NCBI GenBank assembly: GCA_016203445.1
Contig: JACQMS010000011.1
Span: 2,517 to 66,516 of the forward strand
Direction: 5' to 3'
Source: Candidatus Woesearchaeota archaeon
Lineage (GTDB): Archaea > Nanobdellota > Nanobdellia > Woesearchaeales > ARS49
Length of the DNA: 64,000 bases
A program made the position numbers and the translations under genes. This document shows positions 17,793-29,100 of this stretch, in pieces (position 1 is the stretch's first letter; each line of letters opens with the position of its first letter). A model generated the notes under the pieces. The model had not been told where the DNA came from. It ran no database searches and was given only the letters and a program-made list of their open reading frames with translations.

Positions 17793-18315
17793 AAGCCCTT
17801 ACCTTTAACAACGCGAAAGAATAATGCCTAGAAGTTGCAGGATCGCACAAATTATCACAAACAACTATAGGCAAAGTGAACAATTGATAACCAGAATCAG
17901 TTTTAGGATTAGAATAAATTTTAATGTCGCTCCACTTGGAATTTTGATGATTATACACTGATATGTTGACATCAGAATAACCGAAAACCGTTTTAAACCT
18001 ATCATTTAATTGCGACGACAATGCGCTAATAGCTCTAGCTTTCTCCTCATCAACACACTTCTGGGTGATATCGCCGGCATAAGAACAATCAAGCTCTGGA
18101 AGAAATTGCGCTTGAACAGCAATCTGCACAGCCCTCATCTGCTCAAACTGGGCAAAATCCCTCTTCATAGAAGATTCCTGAACGTAATAATAAAAATTCA
18201 TGCCGAAAGCAAGCAAGAAGAAAAAAACAATCATTACAGCAATACTCTCAAAAGTCTTAATCTGTCCACGCCTGCTAATACCGCTAATATATTGATGGGC
18301 AACCATTGCGCACAA
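17785..18315 (-). CDS. Type IV pilin-like protein (class III signal peptide)
   Basis: …SRRG|QIKTFESIAVMIVFFFLLAF. Overlaps its neighbours by 8 and 32 nt. Confidence 0.55.
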   Translation of the reverse strand: MCAMVAHQYISGISRRGQIKTFESIAVMIVFFFLLAFGMNFYYYVQESSMKRDFAQFEQMRAVQIAVQAQFLPELDCSYAGDITQKCVDEEKARAISALSSQLNDRFKTVFGYSDVNISVYNHQNSKWSDIKIYSNPKTDSGYQLFTLPIVVCDNLCDPATSRHYSFALLKVRAYD

Positions 18316-19327
18316 GATCCTCGTTTTTATTTTTTAATAATTGGGAATTAGTTTTGATTATTGAAACTGGCGATGAGCTTGATGTTGTTGAAGTTAACAA
18401 GCCGTCACGAAGAGTTTTAGCATTAGTATATATATTTTGCAACGGGGCAGTTATTGTTCCATACAAAGCAGTACAAGAACTTCTGGTCGGAGGAGTAGTA
18501 GTTAGTGCAGAACTTATTTTTGTTATTCTCCCTATCTGAATGCTCGCAACGGCCTCCAACCTCTCAAAAGACTTCATAGAGTTACACTCAAACATATCAA
18601 CATCAGAACTGAACAATGCTCCAAGAATTTGAGGAGTTTCTAGATAATACCTTTTCTCACTACCAATATTAATTTCATTGCTTGAAGGATTAACTACTAC
18701 AAATTTTGTTATGCCTTTAAACTGCATAGGAGTATTTAGATTAGTTCCTGATGTAGGAGTATTAAGAAGAGCAATAGTAACACTCTCATAATTATTATTC
18801 TGAATGGATGAAACATCTGAAAAAGCATCAACATACTGCACATTAAACCTTTCAGGAATCAATTTCTTAATTTCGTTAAATAAGTTCTGATTATTATTTT
18901 TCACGATAATATATTTATGCCTGTCATTAGAAGCAAACAAAAAGTTAGTAATCCTGTTAGGCACATCCCAAGAAAGACTCCACAAATGCAGTTGAGTCCC
19001 AGTAATTTTTTTAGGAGCAAAAATAATTCTCTGATTAAAATCACGAGACATACTACCAGAAGTGTAAGAACACTCGCAAGAAATACCCCTCTTCCTGCAC
19101 TGAAAAGACAAATCAATATTAGGAACTTCCTTAGTGCTAACAGTATTCTTCTCAGTACCAGCAACAGTCACCAAAGTTTCTATCTGGCGAACAATAGTGC
19201 TATCAGTTTTTGCCAATGACAAAGACTGCTGTTTCTGAATCATTGAGAAGAAAAACAAAAGAATAACTGCTCCAGCAATAATTATGAAAATCCAATTGAA
19301 TTGATCGCTCAAAGCCTTATTATTCAT
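18284..19327 (-). CDS. Type IV pilin-like protein, 347 aa (class III signal peptide)
   Basis: MNNKA|LSDQFNWIFIIIAGAVILLFFF. Confidence 0.6.
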   Translation of the reverse strand: MNNKALSDQFNWIFIIIAGAVILLFFFSMIQKQQSLSLAKTDSTIVRQIETLVTVAGTEKNTVSTKEVPNIDLSFQCRKRGISCECSYTSGSMSRDFNQRIIFAPKKITGTQLHLWSLSWDVPNRITNFLFASNDRHKYIIVKNNNQNLFNEIKKLIPERFNVQYVDAFSDVSSIQNNNYESVTIALLNTPTSGTNLNTPMQFKGITKFVVVNPSSNEINIGSEKRYYLETPQILGALFSSDVDMFECNSMKSFERLEAVASIQIGRITKISSALTTTPPTRSSCTALYGTITAPLQNIYTNAKTLRDGLLTSTTSSSSPVSIIKTNSQLLKNKNEDLVRNGCPSIY

Positions 19328-19360
19328 AACACATCATCACCACAAAATTGTTGTTGAAAA

Positions 19361-19894
19361 TTATTTGCAATCTTTAATGCTTAAAGGAACAACACCCCAT
19401 TTTGAAACGCAGACAGTCTTGCCAGAACCCTCAGCCCTAAAATCAATAACGCCATCATTAGAATCGAGGCACAAAATACCATTATGAACAGTCAAATTCT
19501 TAAGCTTAATACTAACATCCGAGGGAGGAATAGTAAAAACGTTCTGATCAACGGTTTTAGACTTTTGTATAACAATATCAGGAGTTCCTGTCGGAGCTCG
19601 ATAATTTAATGGATTCACTTTAAATCTCTCAGTAAAACAAACTTTAGAAAACCCTCCAGGCAAAGAAACCTCAACATGCTTAACAGTACCCCTTTGATAA
19701 GCGATATTTTCAACATTACTCCTCAAATCATTAGCAAAATTGACAAGCTTTGCATCATCAGTGCGCTCAGTGAAAGACTTGATAGCTCTGGAACCCCACA
19801 AAATAATAATTATTAAAACGAAAGCAGCAACTATGATGACGAACATCTCGCTGACAGTCTGAGACTTTTTTGATGCAACAACGAAAGAACTCAT
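19361..19894 (-). CDS. Type IV pilin-like protein (class III signal peptide, Glu at +5)
   Basis: …ASKKS|QTVSEMFVIIVAAFVLIIIILW. 4-nt overlap with the giant gene upstream. Confidence 0.55.
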   Translation of the reverse strand: MSSFVVASKKSQTVSEMFVIIVAAFVLIIIILWGSRAIKSFTERTDDAKLVNFANDLRSNVENIAYQRGTVKHVEVSLPGGFSKVCFTERFKVNPLNYRAPTGTPDIVIQKSKTVDQNVFTIPPSDVSIKLKNLTVHNGILCLDSNDGVIDFRAEGSGKTVCVSKWGVVPLSIKDCK

Positions 19895-22800
19895 TTTTTT
19901 GCAACCTCCCTCAAAGCAGAAAGACCAGAACTTTTAGACTTTTTCTTAGACTGACCAAGCTCAACATAATCATCCTTAACAAATTTTGATTCATCGTTCT
20001 TTGAAAAAGTTTTAAGAGACCTCAACTTTTCAAGAGCACTCAACTGTTTAGACTCCTGCTTCTGAGACTCTAACTTTTTAACAATCTGCTGATTTTGAGT
20101 ATTTACTTGAGAAATTTTTGCTTGCTGAACTTTCTGAGGCGCCACTTGCCGTTGAACAAACGAAGAACGCTGAGAAGTTAAAGGACTGCCGGAAGTAGTT
20201 GGACGATTAACTGGCTGTTGTTTACCCAAAGGCATTCTAATCTTAGGAATAAATGAAGGTCTAGAAAATAATTGCGGAGATTTCTTAACATGCTTGCCTG
20301 AAAAGTTGGTATACAAATACCAACCACCAGCCACAAGAACTAAAAGAATGATAATCCACAAAAGTATAGATTTACCCTTACCACCAACGATGCTACTACC
20401 ACTAACGCCAGAATCACCATCATCACCGTCAACACTCCAATCATCATCATCAAAACCGCCAGTATCATCAATAGGTCTATCAGTAGTAGAACAAGAACCA
20501 CTAGTACACTCCAAACCATCAGAACAATCCTCTTTTTGGAAGCAAGACTGGAACAAATCGCACTTTTTAGAACACATAGTACCACAATCAACATCAGGCT
20601 CTCCAGGATCACGCTCATTATTCTCGCAAGGTCCGGGAATCTCACAAGTACCAGTATTCAAGCAAACAAGATTAGTATTACAATCAGTAGTGCTAATACA
20701 CCCGCCACCCAAATCGCATTGATTACTGCAAGAACCGCCACAATCAACACCAGACTCCAAACCATCCTTCTTACCATTAGTACAACTAGCACCAGAACAA
20801 GTATTATTAGTGCAGGACAAACCACCAGAACAATCCCTCTGCTGAATACAAGACTGGTTTATAGAACACGCACCACACTGCCCGCCGCAATCAACACCAG
20901 ACTCTCCAACATCCTGCAAACCATTCCTGCACAATTGAGGAATTGAAGCAATATCAATCTTTATAGGAGAAGAAGTAAGGGGAGAGCTTTGAAGACCAGT
21001 CTTATCCTGAAGCCACGCGGTTACTTTGTAACTATCACCATTAGTTAGATTAATGTTTTTACCATTATGATCAGTGTTGAAAACCCACTCCTTATTAAAT
21101 TCCTGAGAGTGAACACACCTGCCGCTCGCAAACTTTTCAGGAGAACAATCAACGACTATGTTGGAAGAATCATCTTCCAATTTGTAAAACATCCTAGAAA
21201 TACCAGAACCATTATCAAAACCAGAAACCCTAACAATCAATCTAGACTTATCAAAATAAGTGCCTGTTTTGTTAGGGGAAGAAGAAATATTAACACTGTT
21301 GATTAATGGAGAAGTTGTATCTATAGTAAACTTTCTAGAATTTCTAGCAATCTGGGAAAAACCGGGCTTTCTGCACTCAACAATAACAGTATGATTGCCA
21401 TCAACAATATCACTAAATTCGTCCCAGTGATCATAAGAAGTTTCTCCGGGGCCCAAAGAGTCATCAGACGAAAACATAACTAGAGGAGAGTTGTCCAAAG
21501 AATGATAACAAAGAGCGCCCTTATTCGTAATAACGCTAACTCTGGGACTTGCTATATTAATAAAAGAATTCTGAACGGGCGCAACAAAAGAAAAATTCAG
21601 ATCAATATTAGTTTCAACCTTGAAAGCAATATTTTTCAAATCACTCTTAGAAGTTTGACTTGGATTAGTGCACTGAATATTAACATTATAACTCTGATGA
21701 TCCCTATCAACAATGTATTCCTCAGTATGAGAAATACGAGGCTCCAAAAGCCAGCCAAAAAATTCTCCGTCCATAGATTCATAAACACTAACTGAAGAAT
21801 CATACTTGCAAAAGGTTTCGTCAGTAGTTTGAACATTTAATGACGTGTTATAAACCGGAACCCTGTTAATAATTGTAGGTTCGGTTATAGGGCTAGGATG
21901 CGCGAACACTTTAACAATTTTTGGAGGACCATCAAAAAATCTAAGCTTGAAACGCTGAGTTGTTACTATATTCTTAGCAATATTCCTGCAAGCAATAGCA
22001 ATATCCTTAGTCTCACCCTTAAACAATTTTTTGCCGGTAATCTTTTGAAAGTCCAAAATAGTTTCAAACAAAGAATCACTCTTCCTAGTCAATCCGGGAA
22101 TATTATCATAACCTGCAAGAGTTGCATCCTCATCAACACTATCAGTATAATAAACACACGATTCTACAGGCTGCAAAGTTTGGACTTGCAATGTAAAAAT
22201 TTGTTTATCTGTAACACAATAAGGAGGAGCTATAACAGCCATAATAGGCCCGACTTTCTCAATAGTAAAATTTAATTTGAAAAAAGCAGAATTATTTGCT
22301 TTGTCTGTTATTGAAACATTCAACCACCTAATACCATCAATAGAACTACCATCATCAACAACTGAAGACCAAGAAGTATTCGCGGGGTCGTCAGTTGACA
22401 AGAACATTGGATTTGTGGAGCTTGAAATATTAACGACATCAAAAGCAATACCACACTTAGCAACAAGACCCGTATGGCCCTTCCAGGACAAAGAAACATT
22501 TTTTAAATATACAAACTCGTCAAAAATTAGTGAAGCACTACCACCATCAGAGTAAATAGAATCACTGTTAGTAAGATTTGGAGGAGTGGTGTCGAGGATG
22601 AATTTTAGTTCGGCATCTTTTTGTATAGGTTTGCCATACAAAGAATCCTGACCTTTGAAAGATAATATGTATTCACCATCAGGAAGGTTGGCATCAAGAA
22701 GGTTAAAAGAGTGAGTATACCTGCTCTCACCACTAACAGAATATTTATACAACTCTTTAAGCGAAGGATCTGAAGCGTTTAATATATTCGCCTCGAATAG

Positions 22801-24870
22801 TACTATTGAAGGAACAATCTTATTGGGAAGCTCCAAAAATCGTAGTGATAAAACAGCATTTTTCTTGTTAGTATACCACAAACCATACTCCGGCAAAACG
22901 TCAACATTTTCAACACGAATCGCTGGACTAACTACAAAATTTTTAAGTGAAGCATTCTCACAACCTTTACAACCAACAACAAACGTTTCCTGAACTACAC
23001 CTTTGTTTTTAGCCCAGTCAGTAGAAAAAAACTTTAATGTGTTAACTCCGGTTTCCAACTGCAAAGTAGAGTTATCCTCGAATATAATTTTGTCATCATA
23101 TATGTATACATAATTACAACGAGTGTTCTTATAATTGCAAGAATTATCAACAGGATTTAAAACACAAATACTGGTAGTAGATTCTTTAAAGGTTTCAGGA
23201 CACCCGGGGTATAAAGGATCATCAACATCATAAGAATCAATTTCTACGGGCTCCTCATCAAACAATTTTAATTTTTTATCATACAATTCTATAAGCAGTT
23301 TATCCCTAGAAGGAGACCTTGTTATAGAAACATTCGGAGAAAAATAATCTTTCTCGCAATCAGAATTTTTTTGAACATTTTCAGTACCATCATCATTAAA
23401 AAAGTTGCAATCACGAGCACCATCACCATCAGCATCCTTGAAGCAAGATTTTGATTTTACAGAACCAGAATCATACCTGCAAACAGGAATGCCGCAAGCA
23501 TTATCAGAACGCCCAACAATATTATTAGAAATATCAAGTGAAGGAACTGAAGGGTTCGCGCCGCCTATACATTTCTGCTTTATATCAGTAGGACTGCTGC
23601 CAAGCTGAGTAAAATTAGTGCAGCTCCAATCATTACAAGAAGCTGTACCACCATCAGTATACAAACATTGAACTCCAGACAAGCTTAAAGCATTGCTTAA
23701 AGGCTCCGTACAAACATCAAAAATATCGTTGAACGCCTCCTCATTAGGAGCATCAAGAGCAGTTCTTTTAGTACCACAAAAGAGACAATTATCAGCATCT
23801 TTCTCAACACAAACACCGATACCTAAAAAGCCCAATCCTGCAACATCATTCCAAGAACACCTAGGAGGCCTGCCACCAACCTGGCATGAATCAGTAGAAC
23901 ACGCATCGCGAGTTTTATAATCATAACACTTCATAGTTGAAGAACAAGAATAACACTTGTTAAGCAAAGTTTCAGACTTATCATAAAAACAAGATTTAGG
24001 AACTCCCTGAGAATTTTTCAAACAAGAATTTTTAGTAGTGAAAAGACCAAAAAAGTCTTCCTGTTCACACTCACCATCAATAGAACAAACAGGACTTCTA
24101 GAATCATCAATAACGCACAATTGCTGAGGAGTACATGAAGGATTTATAGGAATATTTTTAAGATTATTATCATCACCAGGGCATTGAAAAGCTTTTCTAA
24201 CACGATCAGAAAAACTCGCAGGCGTTTCGCTCTGTAAAGATGACTGTGTATAAAATGATGGATTAATACAAAAAGTTTCAGTGCCTCTGCCCAAACACTC
24301 AATATTTCCTAGAGAAACAACCTTTTTCTCAGTAGTCGATGAAACCTCGTTGTTTTGAGTGCCAGCATAAATTGCGGTAACCCTAAACTCATACTTAGTA
24401 TCGCCAACTTTTTGAAAAGTCAGACCAGTATCAGTATAAGCAGTAACACCTCTAGGAACAGTAACAGTTTTTGAAGGCTGAGATTCAGGAACTCCATTAC
24501 TATCAATTTTGAAACGTTTCAACTCGAATTTTAACGGCTGACAAGTAGAAGTCCAAGACAACTGAATATTTCTAGAACCCTTGACAACCCTGCCATCAAG
24601 ATTTTTTACAGGATCCCTATTACTCTGACAATTAACAATATTAGTAGTAGGAGTTGTGGCAACGACTCTACACAATTCCTCAGGAGTTTTAAACGCATCA
24701 GAAGCACTATTTATTTCCTGATACTTCCCAGCAGGGCAAACTTCTCCAGCAGAATAAGTGTGAGGAGTTGGAGCGCAACAAACAGCGAGAGTTTCGGCAG
24801 AAACATTTTCAGTGTTAACAAATATTGCGATAAACAATATTAGAGCAATGATTATTATTCTTTTACTCAT
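19891..24870 (-). CDS. Giant (1659 aa) Cys-rich, Ser/Thr/Asn-rich surface protein: Sec signal peptide, C-terminal TM anchor, ~150-aa K/Q-rich cytoplasmic tail
   Basis: N-terminus MSKRIIIIALILFIAIFVNTENVSA|E. Three tandem Cys-rich modules (…GESGVDCGGQCGAC…, …LESGVDCGGSCSNQC…, …GEPDVDCGTMCSKKC…). Acidic DDDDWSVDGDDGD linker, then the ILLWIIILLVLVAGGWYLY TM helix. Confidence 0.8.
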   Translation of the reverse strand: MSKRIIIIALILFIAIFVNTENVSAETLAVCCAPTPHTYSAGEVCPAGKYQEINSASDAFKTPEELCRVVATTPTTNIVNCQSNRDPVKNLDGRVVKGSRNIQLSWTSTCQPLKFELKRFKIDSNGVPESQPSKTVTVPRGVTAYTDTGLTFQKVGDTKYEFRVTAIYAGTQNNEVSSTTEKKVVSLGNIECLGRGTETFCINPSFYTQSSLQSETPASFSDRVRKAFQCPGDDNNLKNIPINPSCTPQQLCVIDDSRSPVCSIDGECEQEDFFGLFTTKNSCLKNSQGVPKSCFYDKSETLLNKCYSCSSTMKCYDYKTRDACSTDSCQVGGRPPRCSWNDVAGLGFLGIGVCVEKDADNCLFCGTKRTALDAPNEEAFNDIFDVCTEPLSNALSLSGVQCLYTDGGTASCNDWSCTNFTQLGSSPTDIKQKCIGGANPSVPSLDISNNIVGRSDNACGIPVCRYDSGSVKSKSCFKDADGDGARDCNFFNDDGTENVQKNSDCEKDYFSPNVSITRSPSRDKLLIELYDKKLKLFDEEPVEIDSYDVDDPLYPGCPETFKESTTSICVLNPVDNSCNYKNTRCNYVYIYDDKIIFEDNSTLQLETGVNTLKFFSTDWAKNKGVVQETFVVGCKGCENASLKNFVVSPAIRVENVDVLPEYGLWYTNKKNAVLSLRFLELPNKIVPSIVLFEANILNASDPSLKELYKYSVSGESRYTHSFNLLDANLPDGEYILSFKGQDSLYGKPIQKDAELKFILDTTPPNLTNSDSIYSDGGSASLIFDEFVYLKNVSLSWKGHTGLVAKCGIAFDVVNISSSTNPMFLSTDDPANTSWSSVVDDGSSIDGIRWLNVSITDKANNSAFFKLNFTIEKVGPIMAVIAPPYCVTDKQIFTLQVQTLQPVESCVYYTDSVDEDATLAGYDNIPGLTRKSDSLFETILDFQKITGKKLFKGETKDIAIACRNIAKNIVTTQRFKLRFFDGPPKIVKVFAHPSPITEPTIINRVPVYNTSLNVQTTDETFCKYDSSVSVYESMDGEFFGWLLEPRISHTEEYIVDRDHQSYNVNIQCTNPSQTSKSDLKNIAFKVETNIDLNFSFVAPVQNSFINIASPRVSVITNKGALCYHSLDNSPLVMFSSDDSLGPGETSYDHWDEFSDIVDGNHTVIVECRKPGFSQIARNSRKFTIDTTSPLINSVNISSSPNKTGTYFDKSRLIVRVSGFDNGSGISRMFYKLEDDSSNIVVDCSPEKFASGRCVHSQEFNKEWVFNTDHNGKNINLTNGDSYKVTAWLQDKTGLQSSPLTSSPIKIDIASIPQLCRNGLQDVGESGVDCGGQCGACSINQSCIQQRDCSGGLSCTNNTCSGASCTNGKKDGLESGVDCGGSCSNQCDLGGGCISTTDCNTNLVCLNTGTCEIPGPCENNERDPGEPDVDCGTMCSKKCDLFQSCFQKEDCSDGLECTSGSCSTTDRPIDDTGGFDDDDWSVDGDDGDSGVSGSSIVGGKGKSILLWIIILLVLVAGGWYLYTNFSGKHVKKSPQLFSRPSFIPKIRMPLGKQQPVNRPTTSGSPLTSQRSSFVQRQVAPQKVQQAKISQVNTQNQQIVKKLESQKQESKQLSALEKLRSLKTFSKNDESKFVKDDYVELGQSKKKSKSSGLSALREVAKK

Positions 24871-26120
24871 TGAACAGTCACCGTCCTCTCCTGATAATCA
24901 TACAAATCACCATCAGATGCAACAACGGAAAATTTGGTAGTGCTAGTAATCAATGTCAAAGTGTTCTGAATCGCAGGAGTTGAAGGAGTGTTAGAAACAA
25001 TACCAAAATTAACAACATCCTCATCAGGGTCGTGATAATACAAAGTTATAGGATTTAAAGGGGTTGTAACAGTTTGAGTAGATACCCCGCTACCAACATA
25101 ATACTTTCCGGTAGCGGTAATCTGCGCATTTTGAACAAATATTTTATAACCATTCTCAAATCTTTTGCCATCAAAAAAAGACAAGTCCGTCTTGACTAAA
25201 GCAGGATGCCTGTTCTGCCTAGCAAACCTAAACTTTACGATATCACCACGATAAGGCCTCTCAGAATCCCTAATCTCAACAATATCATCGCCACGATTTG
25301 CTGATACGGGATTTCTTATAACGCTTGAAGAAAACTTTTGAGTAATACCACCAATAACAACAGAAGTTTCCTTGCCATCAGGACTAAAAGTAATAATTTC
25401 CGCGTCATCAGAAGCTATCTGAAACGCGGCCTGCAACAAACCAGCAAGTCTTACAGGAACAGACAAAGTAAAAGAATCAGATTTTTTGACGTCGCCCAAT
25501 TTTGATGCTTCAACAATAATATCAACAACCAACTGAACATCCGAAGGATTCAAAAATATGCTAAACGATGGAACAGTTGCTGTAACAGATATACCTTCTG
25601 AAGAAAACTTGTCAAAATTTAAACAATTAGTAGACTTTCCAGACACATAATTTTTTAAATCGTTAATAACAGAATCATTAGAAGGTAGAACAACCTCACC
25701 AATCTTATATTTTTTTGTCAAATCCACAAGATTTGAAGTTCCAGGAGTGTTAGGAAAATCAATCCAAGGAAATTCAGGAGGAGATTTGTAAAAAACTTTA
25801 AAACCTCCAGCGGTGTAATCATCAGACAATCTCCTAATACCATAACCAATATTTCTAGACTCAAAAGACAAATAATTCTGAGGATTAATACTGCCTCCCT
25901 GAGCCAAAGATAATTCTACAGCACTCTCCAACAAACCCTGAAAGCAAGCACTAACGTAAGACTCCACAGAGTCCAAACCCTGAACATTTTTATTTTCAAC
26001 ACTCTTAATAGTTCCAGTAATGTAAATGCCAACAGAAATAGTTGCTACAAGAACAAGACCGATAAGTATGAAAACAGAAATTTGCGCCTTGACAAAATTG
26101 CGATAGGGGAAAAAAATCAT
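24867..26120 (-). CDS. Type IV pilin-like protein, 417 aa (class III signal peptide)
   Basis: MIFFPYRNFVKA|QISVFILIGLVLVATISVGIYI. 4-nt overlap with the downstream giant gene. Confidence 0.6.
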   Translation of the reverse strand: MIFFPYRNFVKAQISVFILIGLVLVATISVGIYITGTIKSVENKNVQGLDSVESYVSACFQGLLESAVELSLAQGGSINPQNYLSFESRNIGYGIRRLSDDYTAGGFKVFYKSPPEFPWIDFPNTPGTSNLVDLTKKYKIGEVVLPSNDSVINDLKNYVSGKSTNCLNFDKFSSEGISVTATVPSFSIFLNPSDVQLVVDIIVEASKLGDVKKSDSFTLSVPVRLAGLLQAAFQIASDDAEIITFSPDGKETSVVIGGITQKFSSSVIRNPVSANRGDDIVEIRDSERPYRGDIVKFRFARQNRHPALVKTDLSFFDGKRFENGYKIFVQNAQITATGKYYVGSGVSTQTVTTPLNPITLYYHDPDEDVVNFGIVSNTPSTPAIQNTLTLITSTTKFSVVASDGDLYDYQERTVTVQ

Positions 26121-26123
26121 AAA

Positions 26124-29100
26124 CTAAGAACCTCCAATAAGTCTAAGCTTTGTAGTCAAATCCTTCCAAGAAGTGTCAGCAGTAGAAAATTTGTTGACTT
26201 CAGAAGCTACAACATAATAATTACTGCCAGAATTATAAACGCCAAGAACAGACTTATATCTATCAAGATTTTCCTTAATTTGAGGATGCGCATTTTCGTA
26301 AACTGCAAAAAAAGAACTTCGAGGAGTTCCACCAGAAGGCACTCCTATATACACATCTTCAAAAAGTATTGCGTAAACAATACTAGCTCCAGAAGTTGTA
26401 GAACTCTTAGCCAAGAAAACTTTAGAATAATCAGCCCTAGAATAAAGAGGTTTTGATGAAGAATCCTTAGTTGTTGAAGGAACTGACAAACCATTAATAT
26501 CCTGATAAACAGTTGTGGAATAAAGAGCGTTCTCTGCGGGGCTACCAACGGCAGAATTAAAAATGTTGGTGTTTGACTGACTCAAAAACAAATCATTAAT
26601 GCTCTTTGATGAAGAAGGTTTAGTAATCGAACTATCAACAGAAAATATTGCAAGCTGTTTAACAGGATTATAATACAAAGTTTTAGTACCAACATTAGAG
26701 CATTTCATAAATTCATCACGAGATTGAGATATGATGGACAAGCACTCATTATTATTAGTACTGCCCAAAGATTTCAAAAAAGTGGCACTATTATCAGTAG
26801 TGCTCTTATTAATGGGAACGTTGAGAACCGCACCGATAATAACGGGAAGGTTAGGACGCTTCAAAACGCACATAGTAGATATACAATTATCGGGTCTAGA
26901 AGAATCACCATCAACAGGCTTACAAGAATTATCAACACCCATAGATCCAATGGCCGCGCTAACACCACTAACAGACTTAACATCCTTAACGCTACCACAA
27001 AACAATTCATAATCATTAGAACTTTTCACAAAATCATACAAAGCTGACGATAAATACGTAGCCCTAGAAGTCCACGCACCATTATCGCAAAACGCATCCC
27101 TTCTAGGAGGATTCGAAGAGGTAGAACTATGAAAACTTATGAAAGTTCCAGAATTCGCGCACCAAAACTTATTCCAAGAATCAGAACTCTCATACCAAGA
27201 AGTTCTATTACCAACAACAGAACCACCAGAAGGAGTCTTAGCAAAACAATGCTCTGCCTTAGGACAAAAACCAGTACTGCCAAAATCAGGAGAAGTTTTA
27301 GGAGTTATCTCAGTCCAAACACCATCACCATTGGCAGCAGTCTCGCAACGATACTTTTCTTTAGTAAGACTCAATGAAGCATCATTTTTCTGGTCGGAAA
27401 CACAAGAGTTACCATTCCAACAATAACCCTTAACACAACAACCAGTAGCAGAATAATAATTTTTATTAACGCTCTCAAAATAACTAAGATTAAACAATTC
27501 TTCACCAATAACAGAATCTTTAGAAAATTTTCCAGTAGACGGAGAATTACTCAATTCTTTAACAGAATTATCACTCAACAATTTAACCATTACGGGAACC
27601 AAGCCAACAATTTGAGGATTAGAACCATCAAAACCACGAACAGGATTAGAAACATCTAAAGGGTCTTGAGGAATATTGAAAATGTTCCATTTGCCATTAC
27701 CACTGCCACCAGGCTGGCACAAGGCATACTGCTTCAAAGGATTAGAAGACACAGAAGTATGCAAAGAAGCATTAAGCATGGAGCACGCAGGATAACCAGC
27801 AACCAAATTCTCAGAAGTTCGCATATTCGCGTTACCAGCTGTTAATGATAGAATGCCAGAATCCTTAATATCACAACCAACAAATTGTCCATTAATGTTT
27901 GCAACAGCGCCGCCCAAAAGCGAAGGTCTAGTATTATCATCAATAGAAATTTTCCCCCACAATTGAGAAGTTCCAGAAGCAACAAAAGTAGAATTCCAAC
28001 AACCACCGGAATCTTCATCAACTTTTCCTTGATAAAAGGCATTAACGTCGGGCTTGTTAGAAGACAAAGGCAATCTATCATTATAAAACTCTGGCATTTG
28101 ACCCCACTCACCGCAACATTTAGAACCAGTCCAGACAAACTTTCTATCATTACCACTATCAACAGTACCAATATCCAAATCTCTAGAAGTCAAAAATTGT
28201 GAAGACTTCTTAATCTCTGCGCACGCAAACTTGTTATTAAGAGACAAAGAGTCAAGCTCTGAAGACCACCTGCCAAAAGGTGAACAGTACAACTCCTCAG
28301 AATTTCTTGAAGAGTAGAAATCAATGTAGTAATCAAAAGAATATTTGTAATTATCATCAATAGAAGTACTACTAAGAATTCCTCCAATAGAAAATTTTTG
28401 TCCGGGAACCGCGAACTGGAAAAGTTGCAGAGGCCCCAGCTTTGAGGCAAAAGATTTCTCAACAACAACACCATTCAACAAGCACTCGGCATTAAGCGCT
28501 CCCCAAGAAAAACCTACAGTAAAAGAATTCTCAATATTCCAAGGCTGAGAAACTTCTACGGGAGAACTTTTAGTTCCATCATTCAAAGAGCACTTAATAA
28601 CACCGCCACCAGTAGCCGAAGGCTTCTCAAACCATATTTTTGCTGAAGACGCGCCATTGTTGTAAGATAAAAATGTTAAAGTTCCAACAAAATCAGACCA
28701 ATCAGTGGCAGTCAAGGAACCGCCACGACCACCACCAATTTTTTCCAAACCGTTAAGAACAACCCTCAAAGAAATCAAACCATCACCCTGCAAGAAAGGA
28801 GCATTAAAACCATCCTTGACAACAAGATCACAATTAGGACTACAAGAACTATGGAAAGTACCAACATTAGAAAATGTAAGCGAAGGAATCTCGTAAAGCT
28901 TTTCAGAAGAAGACTTACCAACAAGAGAACCATCAATATTTTTAGTCAAAGATTTAGGTGATAGTGACGCGAAACCAGAACTGCCACCACCATCAACCAT
29001 AGCACACTCCCTAATCCATAAACCTGTCAAAGAATTATCATTAACGCTTTTAGAAGTACAAACAAAATCGTGAGACTTGCCAGAATTAAAAACGGTAACT

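Noticed and set aside
20294-20946. Plus-strand ORFs (142, 101 and 136 aa) inside the 1659-aa minus-strand gene
   Set aside because: They are shadow ORFs in a low-complexity, Thr/Ser/Ile-rich antisense frame. They are fully contained within a much longer, well-supported gene, so they are not real genes.
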